From the NCBI RefSeq assembly GCF_006345805.1, contig NC_042999.1:50654001-50718000 (forward strand): 64,000 bases of DNA, given 5' to 3'. Origin of the DNA: Octopus sinensis. Lineage: Eukaryota. Position numbers and translations under genes: made by a program. The notes beneath the pieces are model-generated. The model saw only the letters and a list, made by a program, of their open reading frames with translations. It was not told the origin of the DNA and searched no databases. Of the stretch, positions 63,643 through 64,000 are shown one piece after another; the stretch's first letter is position 1, and every line of letters begins with the position of its first letter.

Positions 63643-63890
63643 CACCCTTTTAAAGCCTAGCCAGGCTCATGGGCCCAGTTTCCCGGTTTCTATGGCGTAT
63701 GTGTACCCCAGCTGGATGGGACACCAGTCCATCGCAGCGTTACTCATTTTTGCCAGCTGAGTGGACTGGAGCAATGTCAAATGAAGTGTTTTGCTCAAGA
63801 ACACAATGCATCACCCGGTCCAGGAATCGAAACCACAATCTTACGATCATGATGCTGACACCCTAACCACTAAGCCACGCGCCTCCACAT
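63643..63890 (-). mobile_element. Family C (V-domain-like) SINE
   Basis: Minus strand GGAGGCGCGTGGCTTAGTGGTTAGGG...GGTTTCGATTCC head and GCGATGGACTGGTGTCCCATCCAG. Confidence 0.75.
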
Positions 63891-64000
63891 TAAATACATG
63901 TATGAACGTAATTTTTGTTGATATGAAAAATGAATGGAGTTGTAAATGAAAATATCTTCTAATTTTCATTAAGGTCTCCCTTCTTTTTTGACATCTTAAA

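Overview
AT-rich, repeat-saturated eukaryotic (animal) DNA. The SINE families and microsatellite load resemble an octopus/cephalopod genome; this is recollection, not a database result. No host protein-coding gene could be confidently identified, and most ORF-track entries are translations of microsatellites or SINEs. The main feature is a ~4 kb quasi-palindromic Penelope-like retroelement (PLE) insertion at 45844-49922. It has two head-to-head 1847-bp arms with at least 11 substitutions and no net indel, separated by a 232-bp spacer. Each arm carries an intact RT-thumb/linker + GIY-YIG endonuclease frame and a type I hammerhead ribozyme (HHR) with an intact catalytic core in its 3' region. 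Manual folding found further HHR motifs from at least five other sequence families. These include a tRNA-headed SINE-like element with an HHR tail (6266-6574), a perfect palindrome of two opposed HHRs (62062-62161), and a fossil PLE endonuclease followed by its HHR (24174-24862). Also present: a DD34E Tc1 element nested in a hAT-type MITE, a mariner relic, a HERO-like RLE retrotransposon fragment flanked by 48-bp direct repeats, CR1/RTE/CRE fragments, piggyBac-, Kolobok- and Helitron-type non-autonomous elements, several SINE families and two local duplications. All coordinates and folds were read by hand.
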